The notes below the pieces were generated by a model, which saw only the letters and a list, made by a program, of their open reading frames with translations, was not told the DNA's origin and made no database searches. Positions 46,826-55,893 of a DNA stretch of 64,000 nucleotides are shown one piece after another. Position numbers and translations under genes: made by a program. The stretch's first letter is position 1; every line of letters begins with the position of its first letter. Where the stretch lies: IMG/VR virus record IMGVR_UViG_3300029133_000263; one strand, given 5' to 3'. The stretch is from a virus.

Positions 46826-48016
46826 ATGGAATACTTGTATAAGCAATATAACAACGAACCCGGGAAAGCTCCGACAGGAGAAAAATATATATACGTTATT
46901 ACTGAAATAGAAACAGGAAAAATGTATATAGGACAAACCAGTAATTTCCACGCTCGTATGCGTTCGCATAGAACCTGCAAGTGCAACCAACATAGCGCAA
47001 TTGATAGAGCTATTCAAGAAAAAGGTGCGGACGCATTCCAATATGAGATTTTAGAGTTGTGTGCTGCTGATGACGCTGATAGCAGAGAACGATATTGGAT
47101 AGAAAAATCCGATTCTTGCAATGAACAAAAAGGTTTCAATACGTTTAAGGGCGGCCAAAAGAGTTTTTCAGATGAAAACTACTCTATGCTTGTAGAAATG
47201 CTTCAGCAAGGAATGACATTAAAGACTGCGTGTGACGCTATAAATACCTCTATTGCTTCTGCAAGGAGAGAATTGAAGAGGCGAGACACAAATTTGTCGG
47301 AAATCCGCTGTTCGGCAGCCGAACATAAATATCTGCGCCGCAAAAGCACTCTCGGAAAAGAAATCAATATAGCTGACGTACTGAAAATGTATCAAAATGG
47401 CATGTCATCGAAAGAAATAGCAGAGCACTATGGTATGAACTCATCCGCTTTTTATCGCCGGTTAAAAGAAAATGGGTTGAGCGCCAGAGCAATTGCTCAG
47501 CCAAATTACGGAACAGCATCTGCTCTTTTCGACAAAGATAAAGCTATTGCAATGTGTAAAGACGGATATTCTGCCAGCGAGATAGGCGATGCTATGGGAT
47601 TGCCGTATTACACAATAGAGAGGCTTCTTCGAAAGTCTGGATATTCTATATCATTGATTGCAGATGAAGAAGCAGCAGATAAAAGAAAGAAGCGAAACAA
47701 AAAACGAAGCCAAAATGGAAACTTCAATTTTGAAATGGCCGTTGATTTTTTAAGAGAAGGTTACAAGATACAAGCGATAGCTGATTTGATGGGCATATCA
47801 GATGCTCACCTAAGAACAAAGCTCAAACAAAACGGCTTTGATTTAGAAAAAACGCTTCCAATTATAGTCTGTGACGAAACGGGCGAAACGTTTCTTACAA
47901 TGATAGAAGCGGCAAAAGCGTACAACGTAAGCTATACATCACTACGGAAATGTTTTGAAAAAAAGCAGGGTTACTGTGGCGGCTACCATTGGCACAAAGA
48001 AAAGCAGAATTTTTGA
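46826..48016 (+). CDS. GIY-YIG nuclease domain protein with three HTH repeats and NUMOD-like C-terminus (homing-endonuclease-like)
   Basis: KYIYVITEIETGKMYIGQT...R..H GIY-YIG motif; repeated (Y/M)..G.S..EI......S...Y.RL..NG units. Confidence 0.65.
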   Translation: MEYLYKQYNNEPGKAPTGEKYIYVITEIETGKMYIGQTSNFHARMRSHRTCKCNQHSAIDRAIQEKGADAFQYEILELCAADDADSRERYWIEKSDSCNEQKGFNTFKGGQKSFSDENYSMLVEMLQQGMTLKTACDAINTSIASARRELKRRDTNLSEIRCSAAEHKYLRRKSTLGKEINIADVLKMYQNGMSSKEIAEHYGMNSSAFYRRLKENGLSARAIAQPNYGTASALFDKDKAIAMCKDGYSASEIGDAMGLPYYTIERLLRKSGYSISLIADEEAADKRKKRNKKRSQNGNFNFEMAVDFLREGYKIQAIADLMGISDAHLRTKLKQNGFDLEKTLPIIVCDETGETFLTMIEAAKAYNVSYTSLRKCFEKKQGYCGGYHWHKEKQNF

Positions 48017-48063
48017 CTCCAATGCAAAATACAGCATCGGATTTTTTATTGGGAGATATAGAC

Positions 48064-49050
48064 ATGGCAAAGAATGAGAATCTGCACAAGGCAAAGGACG
48101 CGAAGAACGACGAGTTTTATACCAGAATCGAGGATGTTGCAGAGGAACTACGGCACTACAAAAAGCATTTCGCGGGCAAGGTCGTATTCTGCAACTGCGA
48201 TGACCCGACATGGTCCGCTTTCTGGCGGTATTTCCACCTGAACTTTGCAGAACTTGGCTTAAAGAAGCTGATTTCCACGCACTACGACCGTACAGAACCC
48301 ACCTATAAAATGGAGTACGAGGGCGGAGATGACAACAATGTAGAAGTCGGAGTCAAGACTCCGCTGGAAGGCAACGGTGATTTCCGGAACAAAGAATGCC
48401 TTGACCTGCTGGATGAGTGCGACATCGTAGTCACAAATCCTCCATTCAGCTTAGCTAGAGCCTATGTCCAGTATCTACGTGAGCACAATAAGCAATTCGT
48501 TATTATTGGGGACCTCAACTGGATTACATACAAAGAAATTTTCCCGATGCTGAAAGATAATGAAATCTGGCTGGGATATTCTTCTGTAAAAGAGTTCACG
48601 CAACCTGACGGGACAATCAAGAAGTTCGGGAATAAATTGTGGTATACCAACCTCGACATCCAGAAACGTCACGAGAAGCTGATTCTCTGGCAGCGGTACT
48701 ATGACGATGACGGGAATCCGCTGCCGGATGCAGAGGAGCGCTACCCCCACTATGATAACTACGACGCTATCAACGTGGATAGGGTCGCCGATATTCCGAT
48801 GGATTATCAAGGTGTAATGGGTGTGCCGATTACATTCTTGAATGGTTACAATCCGGAGCAGTTTGAAATTGTGGAGTTAAGTAGATATCTTAACCATGAA
48901 GGAATGTCTAAGAAATTCGTTGAAACGTATTACAAACAAGGCGGAAAAGGCCAAATTAAAGAAGGTCATCCAGACCTTTGCTATTATGATGACAAAGGTA
49001 AAGCAATCGTTCCATACATGCGAGTCCTTATAAAGAAAACAATTGCTTGA
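48064..49050 (+). CDS. putative N6-adenine DNA methyltransferase (orphan)
   Basis: catalytic-type DIVVTNPPFS motif; GGGAGA RBS; no cognate restriction gene recognised. Confidence 0.6.
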   Translation: MAKNENLHKAKDAKNDEFYTRIEDVAEELRHYKKHFAGKVVFCNCDDPTWSAFWRYFHLNFAELGLKKLISTHYDRTEPTYKMEYEGGDDNNVEVGVKTPLEGNGDFRNKECLDLLDECDIVVTNPPFSLARAYVQYLREHNKQFVIIGDLNWITYKEIFPMLKDNEIWLGYSSVKEFTQPDGTIKKFGNKLWYTNLDIQKRHEKLILWQRYYDDDGNPLPDAEERYPHYDNYDAINVDRVADIPMDYQGVMGVPITFLNGYNPEQFEIVELSRYLNHEGMSKKFVETYYKQGGKGQIKEGHPDLCYYDDKGKAIVPYMRVLIKKTIA

Positions 49051-49103
49051 AATTGAATGTAATGTGCTTATTCTTTTTGTAAATAATGAGAGGAGAAAAA
49101 GCA

Positions 49104-49886
49104 ATGAAACTGATTGAATATCCCACGATGAACGCGGATATGTATTCACGCGTTACATCAAATTATTCGTACTCTCCTTTTGAGTGTGTTACAACACCGT
49201 GGAGAAGCTATCCAAGCACACCTATTAAAGTACCTCATCCCGATACATGTCCATGCTGCAATAAAGTAATGTCGGATGATTTGAGCCCGGTAATGGCAAT
49301 TAACAACATCAACATCGGAGAAGAAAAATACGAAAAATGCAAAGTAGTATCAGTTTATAGATGTGCATCGTGTAATTCGCTATTTGCAATTTGGAGTGAA
49401 CATAAAGCAATCGAGCAAGACGAAACAACATTGGAAAATTTATCATATACATGCAAAATACTTGCCATGTTTCCTTTTGAAAAAGTTACAGTATTTACTC
49501 AAAACATTACCAATTTGTCTGCGGAATTTGTATCTGTATTTAATCAAACTGAAATCGCAGAAGCGCAAAATTTGAATGATATTTGTGGTATGGGGTACAG
49601 GAGAGCATTAGAGTTTTTGGTGGATGCTTACATACGGAAAAATAGACCCGCAGAAACCATTGATGCGAGCCTCCCTCTCAGCAAAAAAATACGCGATTAT
49701 ATCGATAACGAGCAAATTAAAACATTAGCACAAAAATCGGCGTGGCTTGGAAATGATGCTACGCACATTGTAAACAATCATCCAGATAGAAGTGTAAAAG
49801 ATGTCAAAAAATTTATAAAAGCTATAACAGCAATAATTGATGCCGAATTTGCTTGTGAAGACGCAAGTACCATAGAAAGGAATTGA
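49104..49886 (+). CDS. hypothetical protein with N-terminal Cys4 zinc ribbon and DUF4145-like C-terminus
   Basis: CPCC...CASC; C-terminal ..WLGNDATHIVN.. resembles DUF4145. Confidence 0.45.
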   Translation: MKLIEYPTMNADMYSRVTSNYSYSPFECVTTPWRSYPSTPIKVPHPDTCPCCNKVMSDDLSPVMAINNINIGEEKYEKCKVVSVYRCASCNSLFAIWSEHKAIEQDETTLENLSYTCKILAMFPFEKVTVFTQNITNLSAEFVSVFNQTEIAEAQNLNDICGMGYRRALEFLVDAYIRKNRPAETIDASLPLSKKIRDYIDNEQIKTLAQKSAWLGNDATHIVNNHPDRSVKDVKKFIKAITAIIDAEFACEDASTIERN

Positions 49887-49892
49887 ACAACA

Positions 49893-50396
49893 ATGAAAAT
49901 CACAGAAACGAAAATCAAGGTATCTGACCTTGTCGAGAACTACAAGGACAATGGTGATGGCGGAGTCTTTGGCTACAACGACCGCCTTACGATTCGCCCG
50001 TCTTTCCAGCGCGAGTTCATTTATGGAGAAAAACAGCGTGCAGCCGTCATCGATTCCGTAATGAACGGATTCCCTCTGAACGTCATGTACTGGTCTAAGA
50101 CCGGGACTGACACATACGAGGTTCTTGATGGGCAGCAGCGTACCGTCTCTATTGCTCAGTACATCAACAAGGATTTTCCTATCAAAATCAATGGCAACGA
50201 TAAGTTCTTCCAAAACTTGACCAACGAGGAAAAGCAGACAATTCTGGACTATGAACTGACGGTTTATGTCTGCGAAGGTACTGAGGCAGAGAAGCTGGAA
50301 TGGTTTAAGCGCATCAACATCGCTGGTGAAGTTCTGACTCCGCAGGAACTGCTGAATGCTACTTATACAGGACCGTGGCGTGGCCGGTTCGCCTGA
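49893..50396 (+). CDS. DUF262 (ParB/Srx-fold, GmrSD-N-like) domain protein, apparently truncated
   Basis: RPSFQREF and VLDGQQRTVS motifs. Confidence 0.55.
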   Translation: MKITETKIKVSDLVENYKDNGDGGVFGYNDRLTIRPSFQREFIYGEKQRAAVIDSVMNGFPLNVMYWSKTGTDTYEVLDGQQRTVSIAQYINKDFPIKINGNDKFFQNLTNEEKQTILDYELTVYVCEGTEAEKLEWFKRINIAGEVLTPQELLNATYTGPWRGRFA

Positions 50397-51231
50397 AATT
50401 TTGGGATTCAATCATTTTGAGCAGGCAATCGATAACCAAACGGATACCGTCATCTACGCGGTCAACAAATTCGTCAGTTTGCTTGTGCAGGGCAACCCCA
50501 ACATTATCGAACTTCTTGGCAATGACCCGGAGTTGTACGTTAATATGACACCGGAAGGCCAAATGCTGCTCGACAACAAAGAGCTATTTTTGACTCGCCG
50601 CATTGCCTATAGCTACGGCGGATTTGCGAACGACCAGCTCAGACGCCTGCAGATGGGCCTTCTTCGGAATGGGACCTCGCCAGAAGCATTTAAGAACAAA
50701 TTTGAGAAGAGGAGCTTGGAACGGTCGATTGCCGGTTGGGGTAAGGATGACATTTTTGAAATCTCCATCAGCGAAGATGCGGATGAAGAAGGCAAACATC
50801 CGCTCCTGATTTCCGGCAATTTGAACGATTATCCGGTCACCTCTCTCAAGTCCCTGCTAAAGAGTCTGACTACGACCATCGACCAGTATGAGCAGCCGCA
50901 GCATCCGAAAGCACAAAAAGATGCTGCCCACATCAACAAACACGCGATGCACATTGTGCGGCTGTACTACACCGCGTTCGATATCCTGGAAAAGGGCGAA
51001 ATCATCACTCGCCGGGACAAAGAGCGAGAAGAGCTGTTGGCGATTCGCAACGGCAAGTACCTGCGTGAAGACGGGTCGTATGCACCGGAATTCTTCGAGT
51101 TTGTTGATGCGCTTGAAAAGAGATTTCAGGATGATGCAAGGAAGACTGCACTTCCTGCGAAACCTGACTTTGGAAAAATTGAGGAGCTTCTGGTGGAAAT
51201 CAACAAGGAATATTTGCGGCGTATCGTGTAA
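50356..51231 (+). CDS. hypothetical protein; possibly the frameshifted continuation of the DUF262 gene
   Basis: overlaps the previous ORF by 41 nt in another frame; no independent RBS. Confidence 0.35.
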   Translation: MLLIQDRGVAGSPEILGFNHFEQAIDNQTDTVIYAVNKFVSLLVQGNPNIIELLGNDPELYVNMTPEGQMLLDNKELFLTRRIAYSYGGFANDQLRRLQMGLLRNGTSPEAFKNKFEKRSLERSIAGWGKDDIFEISISEDADEEGKHPLLISGNLNDYPVTSLKSLLKSLTTTIDQYEQPQHPKAQKDAAHINKHAMHIVRLYYTAFDILEKGEIITRRDKEREELLAIRNGKYLREDGSYAPEFFEFVDALEKRFQDDARKTALPAKPDFGKIEELLVEINKEYLRRIV

Positions 51232-51348
51232 AGCGGAACACCAACGACAACAACCATCAAGGTTGTACAAGATTATGCGCTCATCCGCAAAATGCGGGTG
51301 GGCGTTCTTTTTTTGCAAAAAAACAAAAATAAAACATAGCAAAAAACC

Positions 51349-51376
51349 TTGCACATCTGTGCGAATCAGATATAAT
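51349..51376 (+). promoter_or_regulatory. family promoter (TTGCAC-N16-TATAAT, spacer ATCTGTGCGAATCAGA)
   Basis: read directly. Confidence 0.6.
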
Positions 51377-51444
51377 AACCCTAATAAGATAAGAATTGTG
51401 CCCTGGCGGCTTCTGAATTGGATGCTGCCGGGGCATTTTGTTTG
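51377..51444 (+). ncRNA. ~60-nt leader ending in a terminator (GCCCTGGCGGC..GCTGCCGGGGC + ATTTTGTTTG) directly before the helicase gene
   Basis: hairpin with two G-U pairs followed by a U-tract. Confidence 0.4.
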
Positions 51445-51461
51445 TTAAGGAGAATTTGGCT

Positions 51462-54182
51462 ATGACACTGAACGACTTGTCAAGCGAACAACAGGAATTC
51501 GTACATTTGGCATTGTCGGGCAAAAACGTATTATGTGATGCCTGCATTGGCAGCGGAAAAACATCGACCATCAACGTGCTCTGTGATGCGTACCCTCCAG
51601 AACGGCGTATCCTGTACTTGACCTATAACCGATTACTCAAACTTGACGCCAAAGACAAAATCAAAAATCATAATGTCTTGGTTCAGAACTATCATGGATT
51701 TGCAAGCCTGCTGCTGAACAAAAAGGGAATCCGGAATTGCGGGCAGGGTGAACAGCTTGCCATGGTATTGGAAAAGAAAATTCCGATTCCGCCAATTGAT
51801 ACTCTTATCATTGACGAGTATCAGGATATCAATGACGAGATTGCAGAACTGCTCAAATATATCCGTTCTCAGAATCCGGGCCTTCAAATCGTCGCAGTGG
51901 GCGATATGAAGCAGAAAATCTACGATGATACAGCGCTGGATGTCTGGGAGTTCATGCAGGATTTTCTCGGCCGCCATGAACAGGTGGTTTTCACGAAATG
52001 CTTCCGTATTTCTCATGACTTGGCAGAACGACTCGGCAATATCTGGGGCAAGACCATCAACGGCGTAAATGGTTCCTGCATCGTGGAACAGATGTCAGTC
52101 GATGAGGTGACGGAGTTTCTGAATAAACAAAATCCGAAAGATGTTTTGTGTCTGGGCGCTCGAATCGGGGCTATGACGAAGGTTCTCAATGACCTGGAAA
52201 ATCGCCCCGGAAACCTCTATGACAAGCATCATGTCTATGCAAGTATCGCGGACAATGACGGAGACAAGGCGGTAGCACCTTCCTCAGATGTCGGCATCTT
52301 CACGACTTTTGACGGCAGCAAAGGTATGGAGCGACCTATCTGTGTCGTGTTCGATTTCACGGAAGAATACTGGTCGTCCCGCACAAACAAGCCGATGTCA
52401 CGATATGAGATTCTTCGGAATCTGTTTTGTGTCGCAGCAAGCCGAGGAAAGCAGCGGATTATCTTCGTGAACTATGACCATCCGTTGAGCGATAAATCCC
52501 TGATGACTCCGACTGGAATGAATTGCGTGTTCCGGCATCCGTTTTCGTTCTCCGAGATGTTCGACCACAAATTCATCGAAGATGTGGATGCCTGCTATAA
52601 GCTGCTGGAAGTCACACCGATTGAGCACAACGACAATACGACCATCGATGTGCAGGCAGCGGATGCCATGATTGACTTGTCTCCCTGCATCAGCATCTAT
52701 ATGCAGGCAGGGTTCTTCAACTCCTACGACATTGATGACGCACTTGCATATTATATGGACCTGCATGATGATATGCAGTATTTGAAAATCAAGAAGGGGG
52801 CAACGGTCGAGGATAAGGTTCTGCTGCTCACGGCGCTTGAAACGAATCAGTGCCGGTATGTAAAACAGGTCAAGCCTCCTTTTGTGAACGCAAAAGCCAA
52901 AATGTCGCTCAGTATGCGGCTTGGCACCGTGTTCACTCCCGATGAGTATGTTCAGGCACGCGGAGATATCGACATCCATACTAATGACCATAAAGTAATT
53001 TATACTTCGGGCCTTGCGGATGTCGTAAAGAACAACACCGTCTACTGCATCAAGTTCATCAGCAGTCTGGCACACAAGCATTTTCTGCAGTGTGCGTGTT
53101 CTATGATTGCGCTGGGTCTTCCATATGGCGTTGTCTGGAACGTCAAAAGCAACCTGATGTACAGCGTAAAAATCAAGGATAAGGACGCTCTGATTGACGC
53201 AATCCTCAAGTGCATCACGAAACGAGCTTACAACGGCGCGGATTATTACACCTGCCGAAAAGGCTTTGTACAGGATACGGCATCGATTATCGACCGCTGG
53301 ACTGACGACGGATATGCGGAAGAACCCATCGCCATCACTTCCGGCGACGGTATCGCCATCATCAAGCAGGGAACTCGCTATTTTGTGATGGACGGGGCAC
53401 GCCGAAACACTCTGAACGATAATTTAGGGCTTGGTTTTGCCGATGTAAAAGATGCCTGTCTTGCATATGCAAAAAGCTGTGAACTACAGAAAGCCGTGGA
53501 CCGTGATTCTCCTTATTCCGAAGTTGAGTTTTGGCTCGACCAGAACAAGGCATTTGAGGAATACATGACGCAGGCGAGCCATGAAATCGAACAGCACGAA
53601 GAAGGACCGTATGCCAAATACAAGTCTTTCGCTGCGCCTGTCGTCCGAAAGATGCTGGCGGAAAAGGGACTGACCATCACGTTCCCGGAAAAAGCCCTCA
53701 TCAAGGTTTGGAAGATGCGCCGCGCCGAAGATGCCATGTATCAGAAAATCGAGGAAGCAAAGAAGCAGAACAATTCTAATGTACCGCTTGATGAAGCGTT
53801 CTTTGATTCTGAACTGGTGGATTCCGTCGAGGGAAATACCGAAAGCGCTAAGGCAAAAACCAAACCCAAAAAGGAATCGGCACTGCCGTTTTCCAAGTAC
53901 GGTGCAGATGAAAAGAAGAGTTACCGTGTCGTGAAAAGCGATGAGCTCTCAAAGCCCAACCAGCCCCGTTATGTTGTGGTCGAGACGGCTACCGATAAGG
54001 TCCTGGACAACGCAAACGGATACGGATACCTCTCCTATCAGGCTGCCTGGAAAGGGTATTCGTACAAGAGCAAGCATCATCTGGATGGGGCAAAGAAGCC
54101 TATGAGCAAGAGCGCAAAAGAACGGGCTAAGAAAAAGGCAGCTTTCTTCTCGACCGATTCGGAACAGCTCAGTTTCGGCTGA
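51462..54182 (+). CDS. SF1 (UvrD/AAA_19-like) DNA helicase, 906 aa, Lys-rich C-terminal tail
   Basis: Walker A DACIGSGKTST; Walker B LIIDEYQD; AAGGAG RBS. Confidence 0.75.
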   Translation: MTLNDLSSEQQEFVHLALSGKNVLCDACIGSGKTSTINVLCDAYPPERRILYLTYNRLLKLDAKDKIKNHNVLVQNYHGFASLLLNKKGIRNCGQGEQLAMVLEKKIPIPPIDTLIIDEYQDINDEIAELLKYIRSQNPGLQIVAVGDMKQKIYDDTALDVWEFMQDFLGRHEQVVFTKCFRISHDLAERLGNIWGKTINGVNGSCIVEQMSVDEVTEFLNKQNPKDVLCLGARIGAMTKVLNDLENRPGNLYDKHHVYASIADNDGDKAVAPSSDVGIFTTFDGSKGMERPICVVFDFTEEYWSSRTNKPMSRYEILRNLFCVAASRGKQRIIFVNYDHPLSDKSLMTPTGMNCVFRHPFSFSEMFDHKFIEDVDACYKLLEVTPIEHNDNTTIDVQAADAMIDLSPCISIYMQAGFFNSYDIDDALAYYMDLHDDMQYLKIKKGATVEDKVLLLTALETNQCRYVKQVKPPFVNAKAKMSLSMRLGTVFTPDEYVQARGDIDIHTNDHKVIYTSGLADVVKNNTVYCIKFISSLAHKHFLQCACSMIALGLPYGVVWNVKSNLMYSVKIKDKDALIDAILKCITKRAYNGADYYTCRKGFVQDTASIIDRWTDDGYAEEPIAITSGDGIAIIKQGTRYFVMDGARRNTLNDNLGLGFADVKDACLAYAKSCELQKAVDRDSPYSEVEFWLDQNKAFEEYMTQASHEIEQHEEGPYAKYKSFAAPVVRKMLAEKGLTITFPEKALIKVWKMRRAEDAMYQKIEEAKKQNNSNVPLDEAFFDSELVDSVEGNTESAKAKTKPKKESALPFSKYGADEKKSYRVVKSDELSKPNQPRYVVVETATDKVLDNANGYGYLSYQAAWKGYSYKSKHHLDGAKKPMSKSAKERAKKKAAFFSTDSEQLSFG

Positions 54183-54336
54183 TTATTACTGCCGATGAGA
54201 GGAGGTGTATCAAGCGCAGCTTCAGGACGTTGCACGTTGTTTTCCAACACAAATAAAATCACAAATCGGAAAATCCTTCTGAATATCACATAACAAATAT
54301 CAGACATATGCCCACATAGGCAGAAAGGAATTACAG

Positions 54337-55203
54337 ATGGGACGCTATAATTTTAATCAGAGGACTCGGGACGGCTACGAAATCTCGCCCGAACAGGCGG
54401 CAAGATGGCTTGAAAGAAACGACAATAATCGAAACGTCAACGTCGCTAAAGTCAAAAAGATGGCAAAGGACATGAGAGAAGGGCATTGGGATACAACGCA
54501 TCAGGGTATTGCCATCGCCTCCGATGGTACGCTGGTCGATGGACAGCACCGGCTGCTTGCTATCGTTGAATCCGGTGTGACCGTGCGTATGAACGTGACC
54601 TTTAATGCCGCCAAGTCTCAGCACATCGATTCCGGAAACATCCGCTCCATGGCAAATCGCGTGCAGATGTCTGAGTACGATATGAGCTGGACAAACAATA
54701 CGATTCTCTCCGCAGCAAATCTCATTGGCCGCGTATTCACGGGTTCCAACCTCAGTCACGAGGAAGCCTTGAGTGAATGGCTGATGAAATACCGCACGCA
54801 AATCGAATCTGCCACCAAATGCATCAAGAAGGCTACGCTGCCGGGACTCAATTCTGCAGGCACAACAGCCGCTATCATTGTAGCCGCCATGAACGATGTC
54901 CCCGCCATCTACATTGAGAAATTCATGGACGTGTTCTATTCTGGATTCACCAACAACGAAGCCGAGCATTATGCTATCACGCTGCGGGACGAACTGCTGC
55001 GCGAAAACCGTGTCAAGCGCGGCACACAGTATGCAAGGTTTGCCTTTTTCCGTACTGCCAATCGCCTGAACCAGTATTACAAGACTGCCACCGGGCAGCG
55101 GGTTGCCAAGCGTGTCAACAATGGGGATTTTCCGTACAACGTCTATGACGCAAACGGCGGAATCGTAAAGCCCGAAACCAAGAAAACCAAGAAGGCTGTG
55201 TAA
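54337..55203 (+). CDS. ParB N-terminal domain (ParB/Srx-fold) nuclease-like protein
   Basis: LVDGQHRLLAI motif typical of ParBc-like domains. Confidence 0.55.
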   Translation: MGRYNFNQRTRDGYEISPEQAARWLERNDNNRNVNVAKVKKMAKDMREGHWDTTHQGIAIASDGTLVDGQHRLLAIVESGVTVRMNVTFNAAKSQHIDSGNIRSMANRVQMSEYDMSWTNNTILSAANLIGRVFTGSNLSHEEALSEWLMKYRTQIESATKCIKKATLPGLNSAGTTAAIIVAAMNDVPAIYIEKFMDVFYSGFTNNEAEHYAITLRDELLRENRVKRGTQYARFAFFRTANRLNQYYKTATGQRVAKRVNNGDFPYNVYDANGGIVKPETKKTKKAV

Positions 55204-55313
55204 TTTCAAAATGGCTTGAATCTTTGAGGTTGTATATATGTTGCAAAGTTCAGATACAACCCCAAAAATTCCGATAAATCGCATAAAAGATTGTTGCAAG
55301 GAGGACAAAAACC

Positions 55314-55589
55314 ATGAATAAGTTTGAAGCAAGGAGCACGCTGGGGAGCGAGGCTGTCCCGGTTTTCGACGATGACGGTGAGCTCACAGAATGGCTGCAC
55401 CGGGACAACTATACTGTCGAGGAATTGGAACTGATGAACTTTGTCGGCAATGAAAAGCCCGTCATCAAAAAGGACGGTGTGAAAATCATCCGGGATGGCA
55501 CGGTCATTCGGAGAACCAACACTGAAACAAGAAAAACTGAATTTCTGTTCATTCCGCGCATTGTCGTCGATGAGCAGAAAACCGTGTGA
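55314..55589 (+). CDS. hypothetical small protein
   Basis: AGGAGGACAAAAACC RBS. Confidence 0.45.
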   Translation: MNKFEARSTLGSEAVPVFDDDGELTEWLHRDNYTVEELELMNFVGNEKPVIKKDGVKIIRDGTVIRRTNTETRKTEFLFIPRIVVDEQKTV

Positions 55590-55879
55590 GGTGCAGCGTG
55601 GTAAAAATTTACGGGTCGAGTGATGACCTTGTCTGCCTGGATAATTCCAACTATGGGGTCGATGAAATTGGTTGCTTCGATGTCAAGGGAGTTCGGCTAT
55701 TTCTGGACGACGACACCATTTTGGTAGTGCGCTATACGAACGGTATCTGGCGCATCGAAATCGAGCGAAAAGGCACGGCACCGTATCAACGCACGGTTTG
55801 TCCTGGCGATGATGAGGACGATTATAGCGATGTGTTTTGTACGGAGTCCGATATCATCGCACATGAAATCATTCGATAA
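55586..55879 (+). CDS. hypothetical small acidic protein (GTG start; 55586 or 55598)
   Basis: ORF coupled to the previous gene. Confidence 0.35.
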   Translation: MRCSVVKIYGSSDDLVCLDNSNYGVDEIGCFDVKGVRLFLDDDTILVVRYTNGIWRIEIERKGTAPYQRTVCPGDDEDDYSDVFCTESDIIAHEIIR

Positions 55880-55893
55880 GGATTGGAGTAGCC

